Assembly: GCA_047517145.1 (NCBI GenBank)
Contig: JAKZTI010000073.1
Location: 1-46,662 of the forward strand
Length of the DNA: 46,662 bases
Source of the DNA: Gammaproteobacteria bacterium
GTDB taxonomy: Bacteria > Pseudomonadota > Gammaproteobacteria > Eutrophobiales > Eutrophobiaceae
Direction of reading: 5' to 3'
Positions 30,211 to 40,048 of this stretch are shown here, piece after piece; positions within the stretch are counted from its first letter, which is position 1; each line of letters begins with the position of its first letter. Under the pieces are notes generated by a model. The model was given only the letters and a program-made list of their open reading frames with translations, was not told where the DNA came from and searched no databases. Position numbers and translations under genes: made by a program.

Positions 30211-30582
30211 TTATGATTTGATGATGCCGACAGATAAAAACAACCAGGCAAGGATAAATGCCATGCCACCGAAGGGCGTAATCATACCAAGCCAGCGTAT
30301 GTTTGTAATACTCAGCGTGTACAAGCTTCCGCAAAAAAGTACAATCCCCATGACCATGAGCCAGGCTGACCAGCGTAGATAATTGGAGTTGGGAATATGC
30401 CAGGCAATTAAACCTACGAGTATTAATCCAACCGCATGATAAAAATGGTATTGCACAGCGGTATGATAAATTGCCATATTGTCCATAGTGAGTTTGGCTT
30501 TCAGGCCATGCGAACCAAAGGCACCGATAATGATTACCAGTAAGGCGTTGATGCTTCCCAGCAGCAGATAAAATTTAGCCAT
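30211..30582 (-). CDS. DUF423 (YgdD/TMEM256) membrane protein
   Basis: GAFGSHGL, TAVQYHFYH, LFCGSLY and ITPFGG motifs. Confidence 0.9.
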   Translation of the reverse strand: MAKFYLLLGSINALLVIIIGAFGSHGLKAKLTMDNMAIYHTAVQYHFYHAVGLILVGLIAWHIPNSNYLRWSAWLMVMGIVLFCGSLYTLSITNIRWLGMITPFGGMAFILAWLFLSVGIIKS

Positions 30583-30601
30583 ATGTGTAATTTTTACAAA
30601 T

Positions 30602-31426
30602 TTATTGTTTGATGAATTTCATTGTCATACGATCACTTTCACCGATGGCCGTATATTTTGCTTTGTCTTTTTCTTTCTCTCGATAAGTCGGAGGTAATGA
30701 CCAGACACCTTCAGGGTAATCCTTGCTGTCTGCCAGATTGGCATTAATATCAGATTTTTTAACCAATTCGAACCCTGCATCTTCTACCAGATTGATCAGA
30801 TACGATTCAGGTACATAACCTTTTTCAGCAGTTGTTTTGGCATCAGTACCTTTATCGGCACGATGTTGCACAACACCCAAAATACCTCCCGGTTTCAGAA
30901 CACGATTAAATGCTGCATAGATTTCTTCAATGCCACCGTATCTGATCCAGTTGTGCGTATTTCTGAAGGTTACGACCATATCCATAGAGTTATCCGGAAC
31001 GTCTTTCAAGTAACCGCCATTATTAAATACAACGACTTCTGCCTTGCCATAGGTTTCGGTGTCTGCATTTATTTTTTTCATGAAGTCGATGTGAATGTTG
31101 CGTAAATATTTTGTTGGATGCGTGTCACCAAAGCTGGCGACGGTCAATTCACCTGAGCCTTTCATTAATGGTGCAAGTATCTCGGTATACCAGCCGCGTC
31201 CAGGTAATATTTCCAGGACTTTCATATCCGTCTGCATATCGAAAAACATTAATGTTTCTTTTGGATGACGATAAACGTCTCTGGCGACATTCCTGGCATC
31301 ACGATGTGTGCCTTGAATGACACTGTCCAGTTCAGCAGAAGTATCGCCAGCCATAACAGTGCCTGGGAGTATTAAGGGTACAAGTATCATATAAATGGTT
31401 TGCAACAGTTTCATATTATTTCTCAT
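30602..31426 (-). CDS. Exported class I SAM-dependent methyltransferase-like protein
   Basis: Signal peptide; RDVYRHPKETL, EILPGRGWYT, LKPGG, GVWSLPP and IGESDRMT motifs. Confidence 0.85.
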   Translation of the reverse strand: MRNNMKLLQTIYMILVPLILPGTVMAGDTSAELDSVIQGTHRDARNVARDVYRHPKETLMFFDMQTDMKVLEILPGRGWYTEILAPLMKGSGELTVASFGDTHPTKYLRNIHIDFMKKINADTETYGKAEVVVFNNGGYLKDVPDNSMDMVVTFRNTHNWIRYGGIEEIYAAFNRVLKPGGILGVVQHRADKGTDAKTTAEKGYVPESYLINLVEDAGFELVKKSDINANLADSKDYPEGVWSLPPTYREKEKDKAKYTAIGESDRMTMKFIKQ

Positions 31427-31444
31427 AATTATCGTATTATCGTA

Positions 31445-31882
31445 TTAGTGATCATCCCAGTATTTCTGCATTTCGAAATACATAAATGATGCGGTCCATG
31501 TGATTAAAACCAGACCAGTTAATGCTTCCAGGCCGGTCAGGAAGCGTAGTGATCCCGTGGGGATGACATCACCAAAACCAAGCGTGGTATAGGTAACAAA
31601 TGAATAATAAATACAGTCCATGACGTTATGTATTGATTCTCCACTATCAAAGGCAATCAGTGATCCCTGAGATGTGAACCGGATCAGGAAATAATAACCG
31701 AAGGCAAACATCCATATTTCGGCAATGTGTGCGAGCAAGGCACCAAAAATTCCAACAACCAGGCGATAACGATGTTTGATACGCAGTGTTGGCATTAATC
31801 TGGATAATTGATAAAGCATTTCATAATGGATCATTATCGCTATAGCGACCAGTATTGAATTTATGAAGAAGGCGGCGAACAT
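31445..31882 (-). CDS. Small two-TM potassium channel family protein
   Basis: YYSFVTYTTLGFGDV pore motif. The ATG at 31882 avoids overlap with msrB. Confidence 0.85.
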   Translation of the reverse strand: MFAAFFINSILVAIAIMIHYEMLYQLSRLMPTLRIKHRYRLVVGIFGALLAHIAEIWMFAFGYYFLIRFTSQGSLIAFDSGESIHNVMDCIYYSFVTYTTLGFGDVIPTGSLRFLTGLEALTGLVLITWTASFMYFEMQKYWDDH

Positions 31883-31901
31883 TTGCTGATTATAGAGTTT
31901 C

Positions 31902-32303
31902 TTAATCAGACTTATCCAGATCAAGCGAAACAGAGTTAATACAGTAACGTAAGCCTGTCGGTTGTGGTCCATCCTCGAACACATGTCCGAGATGAGCATC
32001 ACAGGCATTGCACATTACTTCGACCCGTTTCATTCCATGACTGGTATCAGTTTCTGTTTTGATGGCATCTTCATCCATTGGCTGGAAATAACTTGGCCAA
32101 CCAGAACCCGAATCGAATTTTGTCTCAGAACTAAACAAGGGATTACCACAACATGAACAAACATAAGTGCCGCTATCCTTGCAGTTATAATATTTCCCGC
32201 TAAAGGCACTTTCTGTTCCTTTCTGTCTGCAAACGGCAATTTGATCCGGTGTCAGTTCCTGTTGCCATTCCTCTTCAGTTTTTTCAATGCGTTCTTTTGT
32301 CAT
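31902..32303 (-). CDS. msrB: Peptide-methionine (R)-S-oxide reductase
   Basis: [10 protein letters not shown], two CxxC, HLGHVF and RYCINS motifs. Confidence 0.97.
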   Translation of the reverse strand: MTKERIEKTEEEWQQELTPDQIAVCRQKGTESAFSGKYYNCKDSGTYVCSCCGNPLFSSETKFDSGSGWPSYFQPMDEDAIKTETDTSHGMKRVEVMCNACDAHLGHVFEDGPQPTGLRYCINSVSLDLDKSD

Positions 32304-32327
32304 GAACGATGCCTTTTATTAATTATT

Positions 32328-33338
32328 TTAAGGACAGGTAGCAAGTATCAGTGAAAAATATTGGTTATCTGGTTCGTAGTGCTTACAAATATTCAATCCA
32401 CTTTCTTCCAGTAATTTTTCAAGCCCATCAGCAGTAAACTTATGACTGACTTCGGTAAGGATGCTATCACCTTGTTGAAAGGTGATTTCTGCGTCCAGCT
32501 TTTGCAGGCGAACAATATGATCCTGTATGCACAGCAGATGCATTTCAATTCTATTATGTTCTGAATTAAATTCAGCCCGATGCTCAAAATGTTCAGGATT
32601 AAAATCTGCTTTCAGTTCACGATTGAGTACGTGCAGGAGATTCAGATTAAATTCCGCCGTAATACCTTGTTCGTCGTTATACGCCGCATCCAGAAGATGA
32701 TTTTCTTTCACGCGATCAGCACCGAGCAAGAGATAGTCTCCGGGTTGCATGGTGGTCTTGATCTCTTTAATAAAGTCCTGCGCCTGTTCCGGATAAAAAT
32801 TACCTATAGTGCCACCGAGGAAAACGTAAAGTCGTGTGCCACGTGTTTCTGGTAGATGTTGCAGGCCGGCATGATAATCACCTAGCAAAGGATGAACATT
32901 CAGCCAGTCATAATCAGATTGTAATTGTTCCGAGATGTTCTCCAGCATGGTTTTGCAGACATCCAACGGTGCATAGCTGCAAATGTGCTCGGTTTGTTCG
33001 CAGGCATCAAATAAACGTCTGGTTTTCTGCGCATTGCCACTGCCCAGTTCCATGATCTCGGCTGGCCTTACCTGAGCAATAATTTCATTGCTGTAGTTCG
33101 AGAGTAATTTTTCTTCTGTACGGGTTGGGTAGTATTCAGGTGTGTCGCATATCTGTTCAAACAACTGCGAACCACGTTCGTCATAAAAATATTTTGGCGG
33201 CAGACTTCGCGGCGCAGACAGTAATCCAATACGGACATCTTCTACGATGTCAGGGATATCTCGCGCAGGTTCAACTATGGTGCATGCTGTAAATGCACTT
33301 GCGGCTGCTTTTGCTTTTAATTGTTGGTTATTTTGCAT
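32328..33338 (-). CDS. egtD: L-histidine N-alpha-methyltransferase EgtD-like
   Basis: PPKYFYDERGSQLFE, PEYYPTRTE, ELGSG, IGNF, AYND..G and TEVSHKF motifs. Start placed at MQNN. Confidence 0.85.
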   Translation of the reverse strand: MQNNQQLKAKAAASAFTACTIVEPARDIPDIVEDVRIGLLSAPRSLPPKYFYDERGSQLFEQICDTPEYYPTRTEEKLLSNYSNEIIAQVRPAEIMELGSGNAQKTRRLFDACEQTEHICSYAPLDVCKTMLENISEQLQSDYDWLNVHPLLGDYHAGLQHLPETRGTRLYVFLGGTIGNFYPEQAQDFIKEIKTTMQPGDYLLLGADRVKENHLLDAAYNDEQGITAEFNLNLLHVLNRELKADFNPEHFEHRAEFNSEHNRIEMHLLCIQDHIVRLQKLDAEITFQQGDSILTEVSHKFTADGLEKLLEESGLNICKHYEPDNQYFSLILATCP

Positions 33339-33422
33339 GCCTTTCCCCTGTCTCCCTCTCGAACAGGCTAACATTTCAATACGGTGCTGCCCACATTAAT
33401 AAGATAGAATGAATTACGAATT

Positions 33423-36119
33423 ATGGCTATGGAAATTAGACAGTCTATCGAGCAGGGGTTCACCATTGTGACGCCGACCAAGCGTCTCGGTCGGGCATTA
33501 CAGCAACAATACATTTCAGAGCAGTTATCAGCCGAAAAGAAAGTCTGGGAGACACCAGATATCCTGCCCTGGGCGGCCTGGATATTACGTAGCTGGGATG
33601 ATTTCGCAGCGCAACAACAGCAGGTTCCTCTATTACTCAACGCGCAACAACTGCAATGGGTCTGGCAAAAAATTGTTTCTGAATCCAGCTTTGCTAAAGG
33701 GTTCCTGCAACCTGCAGCCGCCGCAACCAGGGCCTATGATGCCTGGAAGATTACGCGCCAATGGCAATTGGAGCGTTTTCCAGAAGACCTCTGGCTCAAT
33801 AATGATGCCTTTGCCTTTCAATCCTGGGTTGAAACCTTTCAGCAACAATGTAAAAAACATAATTGGCTGGATGCAGCCAGTCTTGAAGGCTATTTATTAA
33901 ACGATGTCTCACAATGGGCAACACACTCTGCTGCAAAACTATGCCTGGTCGGCTTTGATGAGCTGACACCGGTTCAAGAGGCCTTACTTAAGGCCATGAA
34001 GGAAACCGGTTGCGAGATCAAACATTGTCAGGAGAATCTCGAGCCGGATCAAAGCGCAGAAATCATCAGGTCAGACTACGTTGACACAAGGCATGAAATA
34101 AAAGCCATTGCACTTTGGCTAAGAGAACAACTAAATCAAGATGCCAGTGCCTCGATCGGCATTGTCGTTCCAGAAATGGAAAGCCTGCGCACAGACATAG
34201 AAAATATTTTTGATGATGTACTCACACCCAGTAACCTTTTCAGCACTGATGGCGAGGCACACAACAATCGACCATATAATCTGTCTTTAGGACAACCCCT
34301 TTCCGAATATCCCATAATCCATGCTGCTTTTGCCATCCTTGGCCTGGAAAAGAAGGCCATCGAGCTGGAAGATCTAGGTGCCTTATTACGTTCTCCTTTC
34401 CTGGGCGGAGCAGAAACAGAAATGATCTCCCGTGCGCAACTGGATGCGCGTTTAAGAGAGCAGGGCGAACCAGCGGTCTTCCTCACCATCCTGCAAAAAT
34501 ACCTGGAGAAAGATAAATTCTGGTCGGAGCATTGTCCGCAATTGATTGCATCATTGCAGAAATGGCGTGAGGTTTTTCAAAACCTCATGAGAAAACAATC
34601 TTGCACAGAGTGGATTGAATCTTTTATTGCCTTGTTAAATACATTGGGTTGGCCGGGGGAACGCCAGATCCAGGGAGATGAATTTCAAACTATAGAAGCA
34701 TGGAAAGGATTGCTCGATCAATTTGCGTCACTGGATCTAGTCTCGGGAGATTTAACTTATAACGGTGCGCTGTCGCTATTGCAGCGCCTGGCACGCGAAC
34801 AAACCTACCAGGTAGAGTCGGAAGAAGTCCCGGTTCAGGTCATGGGTTTGCTGGAAGCCGCCGGCCTGCAGTTTGATCAACTCTGGGTTATGGGTCTGCA
34901 TGAAGAAACCTGGCCATCAACGGCCAGAGCCAACCCTTTCATCCCGATTAAATTACAAAGACAGGAAAATATGCCTCATGCCTCTGCCGAGCGTGAACTG
35001 GAATACGCACGCAGGATCACCTCGCGTTTAGCGGCATCGGCAAACAAAGTTATTTTCAGCTCACCTTTAAGTGAAGCGGGTAGAGAGCTGCGTCCAAGCC
35101 CACTGTTAAAACAATATACGTTGCAGAAAATAGAACAACCTGCAGACATTAATTATGCAGCAAGCATCTTCGACTCCAGCAAGATAGAACACTTTCATGA
35201 TGAGAGAGCACCCAAGCTTAAAGAAGCACAAGCCAGTGGTGGTACGGGTTTGTTTAAGGATCAGGCTGCCTGTCCATTCCGCGCCTTTGCCAGACATCGT
35301 CTCGGTGCCAGATCATTAGACGAGCCAGAGATTGGTTTAAGCCCGATGCAACGCGGCCAGTTAGTGCACGATTGTATGCAATTGTTCTGGGAAAAAATCA
35401 GCACCCACAAAGAACTGATCGAATTAACTGGTGGTGCACTGGCATTGCATATCAATCAGTGTGTTGCCAAAGTGATTAAACGTTTCCAGGCAAAGCGTCC
35501 GTTCACGGCGACCGCACGATTTATGCTGATTGAACAAAGCCGGCTGCAGACCATGATGCATGATTGGTTATCGCTGGAAAGAGAACGCCAACCCTTTACC
35601 GTTATCGAAAGAGAACAAAAACATTTTTGCAGCATTGAAGGTTTAAAGATTGAAATCCGCATGGATCGTGTTGATCTACTCCCTGATGGCAGTTTGATCG
35701 TGATTGACTATAAAACTGGCAGGGTTGCACTGGCAAGCTGGATGGATGAGCGTCCCGATGAACCGCAATTGCCACTCTATGCCGTCACTGCAGAAGGTAA
35801 TATTGCCGCCGTGGTCTTTGCACAAATCAGACGCGGCGAAATGAAATTTGTCGGCCTTACCGATGATGCTTACGGTGAAGAAGACAGCCCAATATTAATT
35901 CCAGAGGTAAAAACATTATCAAAATCCAGAGTCAGAGGAAGCTTTACCGATTGGGGTACCCTGTTTATGTTCTGGGAAGCCAATCTGAAAACACTTGCAA
36001 AAAATTACCGTAAAGGTGACGCGCGTGTTGATCCGCATAAAGCAAACACCTGTATGTATTGCGATCTGGGAACCTTGTGTCGCATTAATGAGCTGGTTGA
36101 GGCACCCAAAAAATTATGA
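33423..36119 (+). CDS. addB: AddB-like PD-(D/E)XK nuclease subunit
   Basis: CPFRAFA, DRVD, IDYKTG, QLPLY and C-terminal CxxC-x5-C Fe-S ligands; overlaps addA. Confidence 0.8.
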   Translation: MAMEIRQSIEQGFTIVTPTKRLGRALQQQYISEQLSAEKKVWETPDILPWAAWILRSWDDFAAQQQQVPLLLNAQQLQWVWQKIVSESSFAKGFLQPAAAATRAYDAWKITRQWQLERFPEDLWLNNDAFAFQSWVETFQQQCKKHNWLDAASLEGYLLNDVSQWATHSAAKLCLVGFDELTPVQEALLKAMKETGCEIKHCQENLEPDQSAEIIRSDYVDTRHEIKAIALWLREQLNQDASASIGIVVPEMESLRTDIENIFDDVLTPSNLFSTDGEAHNNRPYNLSLGQPLSEYPIIHAAFAILGLEKKAIELEDLGALLRSPFLGGAETEMISRAQLDARLREQGEPAVFLTILQKYLEKDKFWSEHCPQLIASLQKWREVFQNLMRKQSCTEWIESFIALLNTLGWPGERQIQGDEFQTIEAWKGLLDQFASLDLVSGDLTYNGALSLLQRLAREQTYQVESEEVPVQVMGLLEAAGLQFDQLWVMGLHEETWPSTARANPFIPIKLQRQENMPHASAERELEYARRITSRLAASANKVIFSSPLSEAGRELRPSPLLKQYTLQKIEQPADINYAASIFDSSKIEHFHDERAPKLKEAQASGGTGLFKDQAACPFRAFARHRLGARSLDEPEIGLSPMQRGQLVHDCMQLFWEKISTHKELIELTGGALALHINQCVAKVIKRFQAKRPFTATARFMLIEQSRLQTMMHDWLSLERERQPFTVIEREQKHFCSIEGLKIEIRMDRVDLLPDGSLIVIDYKTGRVALASWMDERPDEPQLPLYAVTAEGNIAAVVFAQIRRGEMKFVGLTDDAYGEEDSPILIPEVKTLSKSRVRGSFTDWGTLFMFWEANLKTLAKNYRKGDARVDPHKANTCMYCDLGTLCRINELVEAPKKL

Positions 36120-39100
36120 ATCAGGTTGCCGACAGTCAACAACGCAAGACCGCACTGAATCCAGAGCAATCTTTCATTGTGCGTGCCCCCGCGGGTTCGG
36201 GGAAAACCGAATTACTCATCCGTCGTTATCTAAGATTACTCTCCGGCGTTGAATCACCCGAAGAAATTATTGCCATTACCTTTACGCGCAAGGCCGCAGC
36301 AGAGATGCGCGGACGAATTATTTCATCACTAGAGTTAGCGCGCACGGGTGAGACACCCGCAGATGATTATCAAAAAGAAACCTATACCCTGGCGACAGAA
36401 GTACTCAAGCGAGATGAAGCGCAACAATGGCAATTGCAAGATAACCCCGGACGACTACGCATACAGACGATTGATTCATTGTGCTCAAGCATCACCCGGC
36501 AAATGCCGGTGCTCTCACAACTAGGCGCACAGCCAGAAACGCTGGAAGATGCCAGTGAACTCTATCTGGAAGCCGCTGAACGTACCATCCTGGCAATAGA
36601 GGATGGCGAGAGTTGGTCTGATTCCGTCGCTGAATTATTGGAACACCTTGATAATGACCTGCCAAGGCTGAAAAATTTAATAGCGGACATGTTAGCAAGA
36701 CGGGATCAATGGCTGCGACATATCACTAACGAAAACATCAGCCGCGAAGAACTTGATCAGGCCTTACATAATATTGTCTCTGCAACATTAAAAAGCGCAT
36801 ATGATGCGATTCCAGAAGAACTGGAACTTATCGACCTACTACAATATGCCGCAATAAACTTAATCGAAGAAGACAGTGAATCTTTGATCACAGAATGTGC
36901 CTCACTTGATTCACTGCCCGAAGCCGATCCTGCTGCCTTGTCGCAATGGCATGGCATTGCAGAATTTTTACTCACCAAACAAAACGAATGGCGTAAAAGT
37001 GTAAACAAAAACAATGGTTTTCCTGCCAGCGATAGCAAAGCAGACAAAGAGTTTGAAAAAGAACACGCTAAAAACATCAAGAGTCGTTATAAATCCCTGG
37101 TACAAACCTATGCAGAAAATGAAAACCTGTTAGACGTCCTCACCGAGATACGCTACCTGCCAGAAGTATGGGTATCCACGGATGACGTACACAGTGCCTG
37201 GCTCAATGACAGCCAATGGAAAATACTTCAGGCCTTGCCGACCTTACTGGTCATTGCTGAAGCACAATTACGGATTCTATTTTCAGAACACAGCAAGATC
37301 GATTTTACCGGTATTGAGCAATCCGCGTTACTGGCCCTCAGAGATCAGTTGGGGGATCAATCGGGAGATGATGAGCAGCCAACAGATTTGGCCTTACAAC
37401 TCGATTATCGAATTCAACATATCCTGGTGGATGAGTTTCAGGACGTCTCCGTCAGCCAGTATGATTTGTTGGAAAAACTCACCGAAGGTTGGAGCGACAA
37501 TGATGGTCGTACACTGTTTCTGGTCGGCGATCCCATGCAATCAATCTATCGCTTCCGCGAAGCAGAAGTCGGTAAGTTCCTAAGCACGTTTACCAATCAA
37601 CAGTTAGGCCAGGTCCCGTTACAGTCACTGACATTAGGTGTTAACTTTCGTTCACAACAAGGTCTTGTGACCTGGGTCAATGATGCCTTTGAAAAAATCC
37701 TCCCAAAACAGGAAGACATCGCCAACAGTGCCGTGAACTATTCGCCAGTAATTGCCGCAGATGATTCAGGCGCAGGGCAGGTGGTGATACATCCACTATT
37801 TCAAGATGATATTATGGGGACTTCATACGACACCCACCAGGAAGAAGCGAAACAGATCGTTCATACCGTCAGACAAGTTCGAAAAGAAACTAAAGATAAA
37901 GACTTGCATAAATCAATCGCCATCCTGGTACGCAGTCGACCACAACTGGATGCAATTATCGCGCATTTAAAACAAGCCGAGATCCGCTTTCAGGCAGTAG
38001 ATATAGAACGCTTAAGTCACCGTGCCGCAATTCAGGATTGCCTGGCCTTAACGCGGGCATTATTGCACCCGGCAGATCGTGTTGCCTGGTTATCTATATT
38101 ACGTGCCCCCTGGTGTGGCTTAACACTGGCCGATCTAAATGTCCTGGCCGGCAAGCAACAGGCAATACCCATCTGGTCATGTATGAATGATGAATTAAGA
38201 ATGAAAAAACTCAGTAAAGATGGCCAACAACGACTGTTGAAACTGAGAGAAGTATTAAGCAAGGTAATAGCAAACCGTAGACGTAAACCGCTGCGCCGCA
38301 TGGTTGAAATGGTCTGGATAGAAATAGGCGGACCAGCGACATTGGAAGACGCATCTGATCTGGAAAATGTTCAAACCTATTTTGATGTCTTGCAGCAAGA
38401 AGAAGAAAGCAGTGATCTTAAAACACTGGCTAAACTGGAAAAAGCTGTCGAAGGACTTTATGCCGCCGCAGATGTGCAAAGTTCGGCCGATTCAAAAGTC
38501 AATGGTGCCTCAGATGAAATGAACGTACAAATCATGACCATCCATAAAGCCAAAGGCCTGGAGTTTGATATCGTCATCCTGCCGGGGCTGGGTCGTGGCG
38601 GCAAAGCTGAGGATAAGCGTTTATTACTCTGGCAGGAACAACAAAGAAAAGATGGTGGCAACGATTTGTTACTGGCGCCCATCAAGGAGACAGGAGTCGA
38701 TGAGGACAAGTTATATTGTTATCTGGAAATGCTTGAAAAAGCCAAACTCAAAAATGAACAAGGTCGCCTGTTATATGTCGCCGCGACACGAGCAAGAGAA
38801 CAATTGCATCTATTCGGCGCGACCAAACTGGCAAAAGAAAAAAATGAAATATCTCCACCACAAAAGAATTCATTACTGGCAAAACTCTGGCCGGTGGTGG
38901 AAGCAAACTATCAATGGGTCTATACATCAGGACATGGAGATGTTGTAAAAGAAACAAATCAGCCTGCTGAAACAGAAAATCACTTTCGTCGTCACATAGC
39001 CACCTGGAAAAGACCAAAGCCACCTAACAATGTGGATTGGCAACAGAGCGAAGCAATGGTGGCAGAAACATCAGACAGTGACATTGAATTTGAATGGGCC

Positions 39101-39631
39101 ACAGAAACCATTCGGCATGTCGGTATCGTGGTACATCGCTGCATTCAACTCATGACCGAAGATCAAACGAGCTGGGATAAAAAACGAATACAAAGTCAAC
39201 GACACTGGTTCCGACAAGCACTGAAACGACAAGGCGTTGGAGAAGAAGAAAGCCACGTGGCGTGTCAACAAGTCGAAGAAGCCCTGATGAATATGATTAA
39301 AGACGAACGTGGTCAATGGTTGCTTTCCAAAGAACACCAACAACAAAAAAATGAATATACCCTAAGTGGGGTATATCAAGACAAGGTTATCAGTATTAAG
39401 ATTGATCGCACCTTTGTAGATAAAGACGGTACACGCTGGATCATTGATTATAAAACCAGTCGTCATGAGGGAACAGATATAGAGTCATTTCTTGATCTAC
39501 AACAAGAACGTTATACAGAACAGTTGGAAAAATATGGGGCTTTAATGGGGTTGCACGGCGATGAACCAGTGAAACTGGGGCTTTATTTTCCGTTATTACA
39601 AGGCTGGAGGGAGTGGGAGTATAGTAATTAG
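36116..39631 (+). CDS. addA: AddA-like UvrD helicase-nuclease
   Basis: APAGSGKT, TFTRKAA, LVDEFQD, VGDPMQSIYRFR, MTIHKAKGLEF, YVAATRA and IDYKT motifs. Confidence 0.85.
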   Translation: MNQVADSQQRKTALNPEQSFIVRAPAGSGKTELLIRRYLRLLSGVESPEEIIAITFTRKAAAEMRGRIISSLELARTGETPADDYQKETYTLATEVLKRDEAQQWQLQDNPGRLRIQTIDSLCSSITRQMPVLSQLGAQPETLEDASELYLEAAERTILAIEDGESWSDSVAELLEHLDNDLPRLKNLIADMLARRDQWLRHITNENISREELDQALHNIVSATLKSAYDAIPEELELIDLLQYAAINLIEEDSESLITECASLDSLPEADPAALSQWHGIAEFLLTKQNEWRKSVNKNNGFPASDSKADKEFEKEHAKNIKSRYKSLVQTYAENENLLDVLTEIRYLPEVWVSTDDVHSAWLNDSQWKILQALPTLLVIAEAQLRILFSEHSKIDFTGIEQSALLALRDQLGDQSGDDEQPTDLALQLDYRIQHILVDEFQDVSVSQYDLLEKLTEGWSDNDGRTLFLVGDPMQSIYRFREAEVGKFLSTFTNQQLGQVPLQSLTLGVNFRSQQGLVTWVNDAFEKILPKQEDIANSAVNYSPVIAADDSGAGQVVIHPLFQDDIMGTSYDTHQEEAKQIVHTVRQVRKETKDKDLHKSIAILVRSRPQLDAIIAHLKQAEIRFQAVDIERLSHRAAIQDCLALTRALLHPADRVAWLSILRAPWCGLTLADLNVLAGKQQAIPIWSCMNDELRMKKLSKDGQQRLLKLREVLSKVIANRRRKPLRRMVEMVWIEIGGPATLEDASDLENVQTYFDVLQQEEESSDLKTLAKLEKAVEGLYAAADVQSSADSKVNGASDEMNVQIMTIHKAKGLEFDIVILPGLGRGGKAEDKRLLLWQEQQRKDGGNDLLLAPIKETGVDEDKLYCYLEMLEKAKLKNEQGRLLYVAATRAREQLHLFGATKLAKEKNEISPPQKNSLLAKLWPVVEANYQWVYTSGHGDVVKETNQPAETENHFRRHIATWKRPKPPNNVDWQQSEAMVAETSDSDIEFEWATETIRHVGIVVHRCIQLMTEDQTSWDKKRIQSQRHWFRQALKRQGVGEEESHVACQQVEEALMNMIKDERGQWLLSKEHQQQKNEYTLSGVYQDKVISIKIDRTFVDKDGTRWIIDYKTSRHEGTDIESFLDLQQERYTEQLEKYGALMGLHGDEPVKLGLYFPLLQGWREWEYSN

Positions 39632-39670
39632 AAGAAATTTATTAGGAAATATTGGGGTGAATTACTACTT

Positions 39671-39692
39671 TTTTTAATAGTTTTGGGTCTGT
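39671..39692 (+). repeat. Left att-like site (arm + core)
   Basis: TTTTTAATAGTTTTG followed by GGTCTGT. Confidence 0.6.
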
Positions 39693-39704
39693 TTATGTAC
39701 TTGA

Positions 39705-39929
39705 ACACAGTTTGAACTCCCACAGCCCAAAACTGTAAATGATGTTATCCTTAATCGGCCCATTGAAAATGGTATTGAAATACAGCAAGTAATGAGCGAA
39801 GTTGCCAACCACTATATATCTCGCATCATGAAGGAAACGGGCAATAATATAAGCCGCGCGGCACAGTTACTTGGTCTGAATAATTATCAAACATTAAAAA
39901 ACTGGATCCGTAAATATAACATAGAATAA
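39705..39929 (+). pseudogene. 3' remnant of a sigma54 enhancer-binding protein (Fis-type HTH)
   Basis: Hand translation: FELPQPKTVNDVILNRPIENGIEIQQVMSEVANHYISRIMKETGNNISRAAQLLGLNNYQTLKNWIRKYNIE*. In-frame TGA at 39702; AAA+ domain missing; not in the ORF track. Confidence 0.8.
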
Positions 39930-39932
39930 TTC

Positions 39933-39948
39933 TGGCACGGCACTTGCT
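39933..39948 (+). promoter_or_regulatory. Sigma54 (-24/-12) promoter facing brxE
   Basis: TGGCACG-GCAC-TTGCT matches the consensus TGGCACG-N4-TTGCW; about 100 nt before the brxE start. Confidence 0.8.
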
Positions 39949-40008
39949 AAAGTATCCGTATAAAAGATTTTTAGAAGTTAAATACCTTGGTTGCATAAAA
40001 CAAGGTGG

Positions 40009-40030
40009 GGTCTGTCAAAACTATTAAAAA
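40009..40030 (+). repeat. Right att-like site (core + arm)
   Basis: GGTCTGT followed by CAAAACTATTAAAAA, the exact reverse complement of the left arm. Confidence 0.6.
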
Positions 40031-40048
40031 TTTGAATGGAGGCATTTT

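Noticed and set aside
31428-31447. ATTATCGT tandem repeat as a Fur box
   Set aside because: The 8-bp period does not fit the Fur hexamer array; it sits in a very short intergenic gap.
12928-32303. Selenocysteine recoding in redox genes (peroxiredoxin, msrB)
   Set aside because: Catalytic positions are Cys codons and the frames are complete.
37343-37366. Degenerate 12-bp duplication in addA (DQLG/DQSG)
   Set aside because: A small in-frame loop insertion with no evidence of function.
39885-39897. IHF site upstream of the sigma54 promoter
   Set aside because: TATCAA-ACAT-TAA misses the TTR element and lies in former coding sequence.
39686-40010. dif/Xer-like half sites (TTATGTAC at 39693, TGGTTGCATAA near 39988)
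   Set aside because: Neither has a partner arm at 6-bp spacing.
40007-40044. GGGGTCTG as a Tn3-family inverted repeat
   Set aside because: Similarity stops after 8 bp, and there is no second end or transposase in the window.
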